This document shows, piece by piece, positions 26,977 to 36,517 of a DNA stretch of 64,000 bases. The position numbers and the translations under genes were made by a program. Origin of the DNA: an uncultured Gammaproteobacteria bacterium (GTDB lineage Bacteria > Patescibacteriota > Patescibacteriia > Magasanikbacterales > GWA2-37-8). Position 1 is the first letter of the stretch; each line of letters starts with the position of its first letter. The notes below the pieces were generated by a model. It saw only the letters and a program-made list of their open reading frames with translations, did no database searches and had not been told where the DNA came from. The stretch spans positions 15,590 to 79,589 of the forward strand of contig CAZWKA010000002.1 in NCBI GenBank assembly GCA_964634875.1, in the 5' to 3' direction.

Positions 26977-29373
26977 ATGAACAAAAATTCTTTACCAACT
27001 ATCCTAGTCATTCTTGGCGCAACCGGCGACCTGATGACTAAAAAAATCGTCCCTGCGCTCTTTCATTTACACCTCGAAAAAAACCTGCCCACTCTCTTCC
27101 AGGTTATTGGTTACTCGCACCGCCCGCTGAACGACGCCACTTTTCGCGACCATCTGAAAGTAATTTTAGAAAAAGATGCGCGATACAGCACAACTGACGG
27201 CAAAGAAGTGCAGAAATTTTTGGACCGTTTTGTTTTTCATCAAGGGGATTTTGAAAAAGAGGCTGACTACCTATCGCTGGCTGAAAAACTTGGCAACACT
27301 GACGGCGAATGGAAAGTGTGCTCTAATAAACTTTTTTACTTGGCAGTTCCCCCGGATTTTTTGAAAACAATTGTTGGCCATTTGACCACCTCCGAACTTA
27401 CCAAGCCCTGCTCACCAGAAGAAGGCTGGACGCGAGTGTTGGTCGAAAAGCCTTTTGGACGAGACCTGGCGACTGCCGAAAAGCTTGATGAACTTTTAGG
27501 CAAGCTCTTTAAAGAAGAGCAGATTTATCGCATTGACCACTATCTGGCCAAAGAAATGCTCCAAAATATTTTGACGTTCCGGTTCTCCAATAATTTATTT
27601 GAAAAAATTTGGAATAATCAGTTCATCGAACAGATTGAAATCAAACTGTGGGAAACATTGGGCGTTGAGCTGCGCGGGCCATTTTATGACGGTGTCGGTG
27701 CACTTCGGGATATGGGACAAAACCATATCATGCAAATGCTGGCATTGACCACCATGGAGAGACCGCGTAATTATAGTGCAGCAGCGATCCGTGATCAGCG
27801 GGTGGCTATTTTAAAAACGCTTCCAGAGTTAACTAAAAAGGAAGTAGCGACCAACACATTGCGCGCTCAATACGACGGATACCGAGCGATCAAAGGCGTT
27901 TCCCCTACTTCAACAACTGAAACCTATTTTAAAGTAAAAACAGAGCTGACAGCTCCGCGCTGGCGTGGCGTACCTATAATCATGGAAAGTGGCAAACGGA
28001 TGGGCGAAAAAAAGAAAGAAATTATCGTTACCTTTAAACACGCGTCTCCCTGCCTCTGCCCACCTGGTGAACATAATAAAAATCAAATCATTTTTCGACT
28101 TGATCCTGTAGAAGGCATCACTATTAAATTTTGGTCAAAAGTTCCGGGACTTGATTTTAAAATTGAGGGACGTACCATTGATTTCATGTTACGCACGGAA
28201 GCCGCCACCTCTCAATACGTTGAGGAATACAAAAAATTATTACTCGACAGCATAACCGGTGACCAAACTTTGTTTAATGATACACGTGAAGTGCGTGAAA
28301 TGTGGCGTTTTATCGACTCAATAAGTCATGTTTGGGCTAAACAAGTACCGAAACTGGATACGTATACCCCGGACACTAACTCCGTCTCACACCTTCTTTC
28401 TTTCGAACGAGCTATAGAGGACAGGATGCCTAAAAAAATCGGCCTTATTGGGCTTGGAAAAATGGGGGCGAACCTTGCCCGTCGTTTGACGGCTCAGGGT
28501 TGGGAAGTGACCGCTTTTAACCGTACCGCGGCAGTGACCCAAGAGATTGAAAAGGAGGGCATCAAAGGCGTGTATTCCCTAACAGAGCTCGTCCAGAGCC
28601 AAAAGGGCCCGCGAATCATTTGGCTTATGGTGCCAGCGGGAAAACCCGTTGATGACATGCTCTTTGGTAAAGACGGAATTGTTCAGCTGCTTAAAAAGGG
28701 CGACATTATTATTGACGGGGGTAATTCATTTTATGGCGATGCTGCCAAGCGCGCTGCAAAACTTAAAAAATTTGGCATTCATTTTATGGATTGTGGCACA
28801 AGTGGAGGGCCGGGTGGAGCGCTCGCGGGGCCTTGCCTTATGATTGGCGGTGAACGGAAAATATTTGAAAAGATCGAAAATTTTTTTGCGGACTTGGCCG
28901 CACCGGAAAGTTATCAATTTTTTGACGGCTCCGGAGCAGGACATTTTGTAAAAATGGTCCACAATGGAATTGAGTACGGGATGATGCAAGCTCTTGCTGA
29001 AGGATTTGCGGTTATGAAAAAATCTCCGTTTAAATTGAACTTAGAAAAAGTTACTGATATTTACAATCACGGGAGCGTCATCGAATCTCGTCTGGTAGGC
29101 TGGCTCGCTTCTGGCTTTGCTGCGTACGGCCAGGATTTGAAAGGCATTTCCGGATCCGTAAACTACACCGGCGAAGGAGAGTGGACTGTACAGGCAGCCA
29201 AAAAATTAAAAATCCCAGCACCGGTTATCGAAGGCTCGTTCAAATTCCGCGTTGCTTCACAAAAAAAACCTTCGTTTACCGGACAACTTTTGTCCACCCT
29301 GCGCAACCAGTTCGGCGGACATGATGCGGTACATACCAAACCTGGCAAGCCTAGCTCTAAAAAGAAAAAATAA
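26977..29373 (+). CDS. zwf: Fused glucose-6-phosphate dehydrogenase and short-type decarboxylating 6-phosphogluconate dehydrogenase
   Basis: GATGDL, EKPFG, YRIDHYLAKE, RDMGQNH, RWRGVP; then in frame IGLIGLGKMG, DGGNS, SGGPGGA, GHFVKMVHNGIEY, RNQFGGH. Confidence 0.92.
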   Translation: MNKNSLPTILVILGATGDLMTKKIVPALFHLHLEKNLPTLFQVIGYSHRPLNDATFRDHLKVILEKDARYSTTDGKEVQKFLDRFVFHQGDFEKEADYLSLAEKLGNTDGEWKVCSNKLFYLAVPPDFLKTIVGHLTTSELTKPCSPEEGWTRVLVEKPFGRDLATAEKLDELLGKLFKEEQIYRIDHYLAKEMLQNILTFRFSNNLFEKIWNNQFIEQIEIKLWETLGVELRGPFYDGVGALRDMGQNHIMQMLALTTMERPRNYSAAAIRDQRVAILKTLPELTKKEVATNTLRAQYDGYRAIKGVSPTSTTETYFKVKTELTAPRWRGVPIIMESGKRMGEKKKEIIVTFKHASPCLCPPGEHNKNQIIFRLDPVEGITIKFWSKVPGLDFKIEGRTIDFMLRTEAATSQYVEEYKKLLLDSITGDQTLFNDTREVREMWRFIDSISHVWAKQVPKLDTYTPDTNSVSHLLSFERAIEDRMPKKIGLIGLGKMGANLARRLTAQGWEVTAFNRTAAVTQEIEKEGIKGVYSLTELVQSQKGPRIIWLMVPAGKPVDDMLFGKDGIVQLLKKGDIIIDGGNSFYGDAAKRAAKLKKFGIHFMDCGTSGGPGGALAGPCLMIGGERKIFEKIENFFADLAAPESYQFFDGSGAGHFVKMVHNGIEYGMMQALAEGFAVMKKSPFKLNLEKVTDIYNHGSVIESRLVGWLASGFAAYGQDLKGISGSVNYTGEGEWTVQAAKKLKIPAPVIEGSFKFRVASQKKPSFTGQLLSTLRNQFGGHDAVHTKPGKPSSKKKK

Positions 29374-29382
29374 TAAAATACT

Positions 29383-31227
29383 ATGACTTCGCATGAAAAA
29401 CTGCAAAAACTAACCACCCTCATCCGCTATTTTATCCTCACTTCGACAACGAAGGCCGCTTCAGGACACGCCACATCGTCACTTTCAGCCACCGACCTTA
29501 TGACTATGCTTATGTTTGGCGGATTCTTTAAAGCCGATCTTGAAAACCCACAGAATCCCAACAATGACCGTCTTATTTTTTCTAAAGGCCATGCTTCTCC
29601 CCTATTTTACTCGCTCTACGCGGCAGCGGGGGCTTTTGAGGCCAGCGAACTTGATACCCTGCGCACTTTTGGCAGTCGTCTGGAAGGGCACCCTACCCTT
29701 ATGTTCCCGTATACCGAAGTGCCGACCGGATCGCTTGGACAAGGATTGTCCGTAGGTTTGGGTATGGCGCTTAATGCCAAATATTTAGACAAGACTTCCT
29801 ACCGCACCTACGTACTTTTGGGCGACAGTGAAATGGCGGAAGGTTCTGTGTGGGAGGCTTTGGAGTCAGCGGCATTTTACAAAGCCAATAACCTGGTCGC
29901 TATTATTGATGTGAACCGCCTAGGACAGCGCGGCGAAACCATGCTCGGGTATGACACTGAAAGCTACTACAAAAAAGTGACAGCCTTTGGTTGGGAGGCA
30001 GTTGTAATTGACGGGCATTCCTTGGCAGAAATTAAAGATGCTTTTTCAGCCGCGCTTAAGAGTGCCAAACCATTTTGTATAATTGCCAAGACAACTAAAG
30101 GCAAAGGTGTTTCATTTTTGGAAGATACAGATGGTTGGCATGGCAAGGCGCTTTCGAAAGAAGAGCTTGCAAAAGCTTTACCGGAGTTAGGCGAAGTCAA
30201 CTTACATATTCGCGGTAAAGTAGCAATGCCTGAAAACATCAGTGTCTCAAGCGCTCCTACTCTTGAAAAAAATATTCCAGTAACCGACTATACTAACGGA
30301 AAAGCCGTTTCAACTCGCAAAGCATATGGGAATACTCTTCTGAATCTCGCGCCCCTTATGCAAAATATAGTTGTACTCGATGCTGAAACCAGCAACTCTA
30401 CCTATGCTGAGACCATGAAAAAAGTTGCTCCCGAACGATTTTTTGAAATGTATATTGCAGAACAAAATATGGTGGGCACAGCACTTGGCCTGGCTAAACG
30501 AGGCAAACTTCCTTTTGTTTCAACCTTTGCCGCTTTTTTTAGCCGGGCTTTTGACCAGATCCGCATGAGCCAATATGCCGGTGCCCACCTGGTGTTTGTA
30601 GGTTCGCATGCCGGCGTTTCGATCGGTGAAGACGGGGCTTCCCAGATGGCGCTCGAAGATATAGCTTTATTTAGGACCCTGCACAATAGCACTGTCCTTT
30701 ACCCTAGCGACGCTGTCGCTGCTGAAAAGTGCATTGTCACTGCAGCCAACCACGATGGCTTGGTGTATGTCCGGACTACGCGCAAAGATACGCACGTACT
30801 CTACCCCCAAACAGAAACCTTCCCCGTCGGTGGCAGCAAAACCCTACGCGCCAGCTCTACTGACGCTATCACGCTTGTGGGAGCGGGAATTACGGTCCAC
30901 GAAGCACTGGCTGCACATGGCGAGTTAATGAAAGCAGGGATCGCTGTCCGTGTAATCGACCTCTATAGCATCAAGCCAATTGATTCGGCAGCACTCCATA
31001 AAGCCGTTACCGAGACCGGCCATCTACTCGTCATTGAAGACCACTATGCTGAAGGTGGCATAGCTGAAGCAGTGCGCTCAGCACTTGGCGACCAAGCCGG
31101 AGCAGTGACCAGCCTGGCTGTGACTAAACAACCAAAAAGCGGCAAACCTGAAGAATTGTTGGAATACGAAGGCATCTCAAGTTCGGCTATTGTGAACAAA
31201 GCCAAGGAATTGCTTGCCAGGAAGTAA
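29383..31227 (+). CDS. tkt: Transketolase
   Basis: SGHATS, SKGHA, TGSLGQG, GDSEMAEG, WHGK, IAEQNM, GEDGASQ. Confidence 0.95.
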   Translation: MTSHEKLQKLTTLIRYFILTSTTKAASGHATSSLSATDLMTMLMFGGFFKADLENPQNPNNDRLIFSKGHASPLFYSLYAAAGAFEASELDTLRTFGSRLEGHPTLMFPYTEVPTGSLGQGLSVGLGMALNAKYLDKTSYRTYVLLGDSEMAEGSVWEALESAAFYKANNLVAIIDVNRLGQRGETMLGYDTESYYKKVTAFGWEAVVIDGHSLAEIKDAFSAALKSAKPFCIIAKTTKGKGVSFLEDTDGWHGKALSKEELAKALPELGEVNLHIRGKVAMPENISVSSAPTLEKNIPVTDYTNGKAVSTRKAYGNTLLNLAPLMQNIVVLDAETSNSTYAETMKKVAPERFFEMYIAEQNMVGTALGLAKRGKLPFVSTFAAFFSRAFDQIRMSQYAGAHLVFVGSHAGVSIGEDGASQMALEDIALFRTLHNSTVLYPSDAVAAEKCIVTAANHDGLVYVRTTRKDTHVLYPQTETFPVGGSKTLRASSTDAITLVGAGITVHEALAAHGELMKAGIAVRVIDLYSIKPIDSAALHKAVTETGHLLVIEDHYAEGGIAEAVRSALGDQAGAVTSLAVTKQPKSGKPEELLEYEGISSSAIVNKAKELLARK

Positions 31228-31276
31228 AAAACATGGTATCCTTTAGTCATTATAAAAACTTCTAAATCTCGTTTGT

Positions 31277-31390
31277 ATGAACAGTGCCCTTAAGGCTCGC
31301 ATGAACCAAGCTAAAAAGAATACCAAAATCGGCAAAAAACTGAAGAAGAAAACCAAACACATTGTTAAGAAAAAAATCATCAAGACCTAA
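31277..31390 (+). CDS. Unannotated 37-aa Lys-rich small protein
   Basis: MNSALKARMNQAKKNTKIGKKLKKKTKHIVKKKIIKT; promoter TTGCCA-17-TATCCT at 31214-31242, tgtATG start context, terminator at 31402-31439. Confidence 0.65.
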   Translation: MNSALKARMNQAKKNTKIGKKLKKKTKHIVKKKIIKT

Positions 31391-31401
31391 GTAACGACTT
31401 T

Positions 31402-31439
31402 AAACGACCAGCTTGTACTCCACCTGGTCGTTTTTTTTT
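31402..31439 (+). terminator. Intrinsic terminator
   Basis: AACGACCAG...CTGGTCGTT followed by a T-run. Confidence 0.8.
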
Positions 31440-31464
31440 AAAATTGACCTTTTTGAAGCGAACC

Positions 31465-31493
31465 TTGACAAAAGCGACTAAAAAATGTATAGT
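31465..31493 (+). promoter_or_regulatory. sigma70 promoter of orphan ORF 31555
   Basis: TTGACA-17-TATAGT. Confidence 0.75.
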
Positions 31494-31554
31494 CAGCTGT
31501 CGTTCTTTTTGTTTAAACGGCTGAGACATAAGCGCATACAAGGAAGGCAAACAG

Positions 31555-32223
31555 ATGAGCAAGCGCGCATTCAAAGCTTGTCAATTACTGGTGCTGACCC
31601 TTGTAGGGCTCAGCGCTTACACCGCGATTAACTTTTCCAGCCCATCCCCAAAGAACGTGGATTACGACGAAAAGTACCTGGAAGCCTGGAACAGGTACAG
31701 AACAGCGTGTGAAAAGAACGAACCTCGACTCTACCCAATCCCCTTCGAAACCCTTGTTGAGGACAGGATCGCCCAAGAACCCGTCAGAGCCAAAAAAATC
31801 AAGCTTCTGAAAAAAACTGAAGCCAGTCCCACATCCTCTGGCTTGTCCAACCACGGAACCCTATCCTGTTACAACAAAAACTACTCTGAGCTAAACAGGG
31901 AATGCCGAGAAGTTCCTTCTTCAGCCCTTCCGCGCATGAATTTTTGTCCCTATTACTGGTTTCGACCCGTTCTTCAAACCAGAAACAGGGCGGTGGTTAA
32001 GGCTAGGACGGTAAGACAGAACTCCGAAAGAGTTAACTTGCCGGAAAACATTCGTTGGACCGCAAGCTTTGCCTATAGCTATACAGGCGCATGCCAAGCT
32101 CAGCACATGAACTGGGCAGTGCAGCTGCTAAAGCAAGGGCACCGTCCTGCTGATCTCGACCAGAGATTTGACACCCCCTCCTACTGCTGCACGGTTCCAC
32201 AGACCGTATCTAGAACCCGCTGA
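31555..32223 (+). CDS. Orphan secreted or membrane-anchored Cys-containing protein
   Basis: N-terminal hydrophobic segment; SD AAGGAAGG; terminator at 32258-32292. Confidence 0.7.
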   Translation: MSKRAFKACQLLVLTLVGLSAYTAINFSSPSPKNVDYDEKYLEAWNRYRTACEKNEPRLYPIPFETLVEDRIAQEPVRAKKIKLLKKTEASPTSSGLSNHGTLSCYNKNYSELNRECREVPSSALPRMNFCPYYWFRPVLQTRNRAVVKARTVRQNSERVNLPENIRWTASFAYSYTGACQAQHMNWAVQLLKQGHRPADLDQRFDTPSYCCTVPQTVSRTR

Positions 32224-32350
32224 TCGATCGGCCACGTCGATCGACCAGCACCCTAACGAACAGCTTTTTAGTTAAAAGGCTGTTCTTTTTTGTTTTACCA
32301 TTGACAACTGCGTTAAAAAATGGTAGTTGTCCGGTAAAGGAGGGGTCCTG

Positions 32351-33016
32351 ATGAAAAATCTGCTCACAAACAGTGCCCTGCGAGCCGTCGGCTTGCTCGT
32401 CTTGGCTACCACCTGTCTTGGAGGCACGGGCTGCACCGATTTCATATCCAGGCTTGCAGGCGGCTCAAAGGTGGTGGACAAGGGCGAAGGCGTTGAACGA
32501 CCACATGTTGGCTGGTTAGGAGCGCGCGGAGTGACCTCGGCAGACAACGTGAGCGAAGAGGCGCACGAGGCTCTGGTTGTCGCCTTAAAGAAGCTCTGTG
32601 ATGAGGCAGGAAACCAAGAGGCCTGCCGGCAGCACCTGCGCTGCAAATTCGCAAACGACTGTGCAACCGGAAATGAGCCGGTCCTCATCCTGAGCGATTT
32701 GTCTGGTGAGGGTGGTGAGGGCCAACCCCCGATGGGAGTTGGGCAACCAACCTACTGCGATCCGGAGCATGCCCACTATTTTGCGCTACTCATCAAGCCT
32801 GAATCAGAAGCGCCAAACTCATCGGGCTTCTGGCATATTCGCGGCTACCTCCGGTGCATCATCTGTGGACATGAGATCAAACTCGGACGCTACCAGCTCA
32901 ATGATGCGCTGAGTGCGGACGAGGCCCGCTCCCAAGCCGCCTCGCGAATCAGTGACATCATCGAGTGGTTCAAGCGAGAAAGCTTGAGCTGGCCACGAAA
33001 CCCGACGATCAACTGA
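32351..33016 (+). CDS. Orphan putative lipoprotein
   Basis: Promoter at 32301-32329, SD AAGGAGG, signal peptide ending LGGTG-C, several Cys including CIICGH. Confidence 0.7.
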   Translation: MKNLLTNSALRAVGLLVLATTCLGGTGCTDFISRLAGGSKVVDKGEGVERPHVGWLGARGVTSADNVSEEAHEALVVALKKLCDEAGNQEACRQHLRCKFANDCATGNEPVLILSDLSGEGGEGQPPMGVGQPTYCDPEHAHYFALLIKPESEAPNSSGFWHIRGYLRCIICGHEIKLGRYQLNDALSADEARSQAASRISDIIEWFKRESLSWPRNPTIN

Positions 33017-33045
33017 TCATAGGCCCCGCCCTACCACACAAACCA

Positions 33046-33135
33046 GTTTCTGGCCCCTTACCAGTGTATTGTATCGGACATACTGGTAAGGCCAGAAACA
33101 AAAAACAACCCCTAACATGAGCTGGGGGTTGTTTT
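33046..33135. terminator. Long bulged hairpin followed by a bidirectional terminator
   Basis: GTTTCTGGCC[CC]TTACCAGT/ACTGGTAAGGCCAGAAAC, then AAACAACCCC/GGGGTTGTTT. Confidence 0.7.
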
Positions 33136-33142
33136 GTTTTAT

Positions 33143-33691
33143 TTATAGATTTTTACCCTCTTCACTAGCTACACCCTCTTCAGCAAAATGTTCAGACTCT
33201 TCTTTGTAGGTATCCCATTTCTTTTTTACTTCGCGAAGTAATTTATTTTTCCAGTACCCTACAAGGCTCTTTTTTTCTGCATACTCCCCGACCACTTCGG
33301 CGGCAAATTCGTTAAACTTGTTTTCCGTGACATCAAGAACGTTGTCCAATTTTCGCTTTACCTGGCCATACAGCATGTAGACCTGGAAATCCCACCATTT
33401 ACGCTTTAACTCCCGAATAATAATATCTTTCATCTCCAGCGCCATATCTTTGCGCTTAACATACTCCTCAACCGCAGTATCAACCAACTCTTCATACATT
33501 TCTTGGGTGGTATCACCAAACTCTTTAGTACGCATCTGAATTTGCTTAGAAAGTTCAAGTATGTCACTTTGAAGATTGCGGCGAAGCATCCTGCCCTTTT
33601 CAGTCATGAGGAGTCCGACGATAGTACCACCGACAAGTCCTCCGAGGAGCATACCTTTTTTAAAGGTGCTAAACTGGTTGCAGTTGTCCAT
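33143..33691 (-). CDS. YtxH-like protein with duplicated helical repeat
   Basis: GMLLGGLVGG..GLLMTEKG..LR; promoter TTGACA-17-TACAGT at 33742-33770. Confidence 0.75.
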   Translation of the reverse strand: MDNCNQFSTFKKGMLLGGLVGGTIVGLLMTEKGRMLRRNLQSDILELSKQIQMRTKEFGDTTQEMYEELVDTAVEEYVKRKDMALEMKDIIIRELKRKWWDFQVYMLYGQVKRKLDNVLDVTENKFNEFAAEVVGEYAEKKSLVGYWKNKLLREVKKKWDTYKEESEHFAEEGVASEEGKNL

Positions 33692-33786
33692 AGTGAAGAT
33701 CTTTAAGAATAGCTAGGATTGACGAGGCAACCCACTGAGGTACTGTAACCCTACCACACAGCGGTGTCAAATTTTTAAATAAACCC

Positions 33787-35241
33787 CTACACGCGTTCCC
33801 AGGCGGCCACATCTTTTAGATACTCATCCTTAATCTTCAAAAAATACTCTTTAACCGGCTCGTACTCATTAGGCACTAAACCATCCAGAATAGCTTCTTC
33901 GAGAGCGGTTTTAATCTTTCCGACAGTCGGCCCAGGTTTAAGATTGCACACTTCCATGATTTCTTCACCCCTAACCGGGGACTGAAAAGCCAACATCTTG
34001 TCTTTTTCCGTAACCTCAATCACCCGCTGTTCGAGACCGTCATAATTCGCGAGACGCTTTACTTTTTTCTGCGGATTACCCGTTGTAATATCGCTTTTGC
34101 CGAGGATAAGCAGATCATTAATTTCGACTCCAGCATTAAAAATAAGGCGACGAACAGCTGAGTCCGTTACCCCTCCATCCATAAGAGCAATCGGCTGCAT
34201 ATGCCAGCGCACAAGTTTGGCGAGATACTTAGTATGTTCGGTGGACAAACGAAGTCGCTTGGCAAGAGCAAAGACCATTTTTCGTCCAACGTGTTCGTGG
34301 GCATGGAATGTCCAACCAATCCTTGGTATAAAACGCTTGGTCGCGGGCTTACCAACGTCATGCAATAATCCTGCCAAACGCAGCCAAACATTGTTTGAGC
34401 GCAAAGCAATATTATCAACCACCTTAAAAGTGTGATAAAGATTATTTTTGTGACTATGCCCATAAACATCCTCAACACCGTCAAGCGCCGAAATTTCTGG
34501 CAAAATAATATCCATTAATTTTGTTTGAAACAAAAGCAAAAGCCCGATAGACGGCTCTGGAGTTTTGAGAAGCTTGAGCAGCTCTTCCTGGATGCGTTCC
34601 CCAGAAACAATAGTAATACGTTCACGATTACGATGAATTGCTTCAAGTGTTTTGGGTTCAATAGAGAACCTAAGCTGGGCAGCAAAACGAATTGCGCGAA
34701 GCATGCGGAGCGGATCTTCGCTAAAGGTAATATCCGAGTCAAGCGGTGTGCGCAGAATTTTGTCTGCGAGGTCAGCTTTGCCATTAAACGGATCAGTGAC
34801 CGACGCAAAAAGCTCGTCAACAGTCGGCAAAGCCTTTTTACCCCATAGCGCAACGGGAATAGCCATGGCATTTACGGTAAAATCGCGACGTTCTAAATCT
34901 TGCACCAGGGTTGTCTCGGAAACAAGCGGTTTACGCGAATTTGTATCATATTTTTCAGCACGCGCTCCGGCAAATTCAAGCTCAACGGCTTCATCGCCTT
35001 CGCCGAGTATATACCTGGCGGTATCAAAATCAGGGAATTCAACAAGACTCCCCTTTTCTTTATAGGCCTCGTCAACAAGTTTTGCAAAAGCAATTCCACT
35101 GCCTTCCACAACGAAATCGTAATCTTTTTTTTCAATTCCAGTTAAAAATAAATCACGAACAAAACCGCCGACCACAGAGACCGGCAGTTTATTTTTTTTT
35201 GAGAGAGAGGCAATTTTCTTAAAAATCTTTTCGTACTCCAT
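33787..35241 (-). CDS. cca: CCA-adding tRNA nucleotidyltransferase with HD domain
   Basis: VVGGFVRD, DYD, RRDFTVNAMA, EDPLRMLRAIRF, LLHDVGKP. Confidence 0.9.
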   Translation of the reverse strand: MEYEKIFKKIASLSKKNKLPVSVVGGFVRDLFLTGIEKKDYDFVVEGSGIAFAKLVDEAYKEKGSLVEFPDFDTARYILGEGDEAVELEFAGARAEKYDTNSRKPLVSETTLVQDLERRDFTVNAMAIPVALWGKKALPTVDELFASVTDPFNGKADLADKILRTPLDSDITFSEDPLRMLRAIRFAAQLRFSIEPKTLEAIHRNRERITIVSGERIQEELLKLLKTPEPSIGLLLLFQTKLMDIILPEISALDGVEDVYGHSHKNNLYHTFKVVDNIALRSNNVWLRLAGLLHDVGKPATKRFIPRIGWTFHAHEHVGRKMVFALAKRLRLSTEHTKYLAKLVRWHMQPIALMDGGVTDSAVRRLIFNAGVEINDLLILGKSDITTGNPQKKVKRLANYDGLEQRVIEVTEKDKMLAFQSPVRGEEIMEVCNLKPGPTVGKIKTALEEAILDGLVPNEYEPVKEYFLKIKDEYLKDVAAWERV

Positions 35242-35246
35242 ATCAC

Positions 35247-36281
35247 TTAGATGCGTTTATTTATCCCAGACCTATTTTGTGCCACCACCTCATCAACCCA
35301 ACCTCCTTTTACCAAGGCTTTTAATGAATTTTCCATAGAAATCATATTGTCTTTACTACCGGTTTGAATCACGGATTTAAGCTGGGCAATATTGTTCTCG
35401 CGAACCAAGTTTGCAACCGCTGGCGTATTAACCAAAATTTCTCGAGCAGGGACACGGCCACCATCTTTGGATGGAACGAGTTGCTGCGCGACTACCATGC
35501 GTAGTACGGCCGAAAGCTGGATGAGCACTTGTTTTTGCCGGGTTCCTTCAAACACATCCACAATACGCTCAATTGCTTCGGCTGCGCTCGAGGTATGCAA
35601 GGTAGAAAAGACAAGGTGCCCTGTTTCAGCAGCCGTCAGTACAGTAGAGATTGTTTCTGGGTCACGCATTTCCCCAACCACAATAATATTTGGGTCTTGA
35701 CGGAGGACATACTTGAGCGCCGCAGCAAAAGATTCCGTATCGGTACCCACTTCACGCTGCTCAATAAGGCTTTCTTTATTTTCAAAAACAAACTCAATAG
35801 GATCCTCGATAGTAATAATATGCGCTTTGCGGGTTTTATTGATCTCCTCGACCAACGAAGCAATGGTGGTCGATTTTCCAGAACCTGTTGGACCAGTTAC
35901 CAAAACTAAACCGTCAAGCATGGTCGGGACTTCTTTAAGGGCTTGTTCAAAATTAAGATCTTCGGTTGTGGGAATAGAAGCGGGTATGAGACGGGCAGCC
36001 AAGCCAATTTTTTCTTCTTGACTGTGTAAGTTGATACGGAAGCGAGTACCGTCAATTTCGTACCCAAAATCAAGTTCCTTGTGTGCCAGATACTTATCTT
36101 TTTGTTCTTTCGTGAGTAAACCAAAAATAGCAGTTTCAAGCTCTTTTACAGGAAGTGGCTCCCCTTCAATTTCACGCAATTCACCCTCTACCCTGACCAT
36201 TGGTTTTTCACTGGCAACCAGGTGCAGGTCTGAAGCATCTTGCTTGATGGCCTCCTTGAAGAAGTTTTTAATAGCCAACAT
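35247..36281 (-). CDS. pilT: Type IV pilus retraction ATPase PilT/PilU family
   Basis: ASDLHL, GPTGSGKSTT, TIEDPIE, LRQDP, GEMRD, AAETGHLVFSTLHT. Confidence 0.92.
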   Translation of the reverse strand: MLAIKNFFKEAIKQDASDLHLVASEKPMVRVEGELREIEGEPLPVKELETAIFGLLTKEQKDKYLAHKELDFGYEIDGTRFRINLHSQEEKIGLAARLIPASIPTTEDLNFEQALKEVPTMLDGLVLVTGPTGSGKSTTIASLVEEINKTRKAHIITIEDPIEFVFENKESLIEQREVGTDTESFAAALKYVLRQDPNIIVVGEMRDPETISTVLTAAETGHLVFSTLHTSSAAEAIERIVDVFEGTRQKQVLIQLSAVLRMVVAQQLVPSKDGGRVPAREILVNTPAVANLVRENNIAQLKSVIQTGSKDNMISMENSLKALVKGGWVDEVVAQNRSGINKRI

Positions 36282-36329
36282 AGGGCAAAAATAAAGAATA
36301 TGCCTTTAGTTTAACATGCTTTTTTGCTC

Positions 36330-36358
36330 TTGAAAAGGAGGATTTGCTATGTTAGACT
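36330..36358 (+). promoter_or_regulatory. Probable tRNA promoter
   Basis: TTGAAA-17-TAGACT. Confidence 0.6.
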
Positions 36359-36517
36359 GGACTCACAAATAGGTGGGCAATATAGTACGCATACCCCCAA
36401 TGCTCAGTACTAAAGAAAAGCCTTTCTTTATTGTCTCGCTAATTCGGGCTATACATCCGTAGAGCCCGTTCTCGCTCGGAAAAATCGAGATTGCGATTTC
36501 GCTTTTCTTCACTCAAA

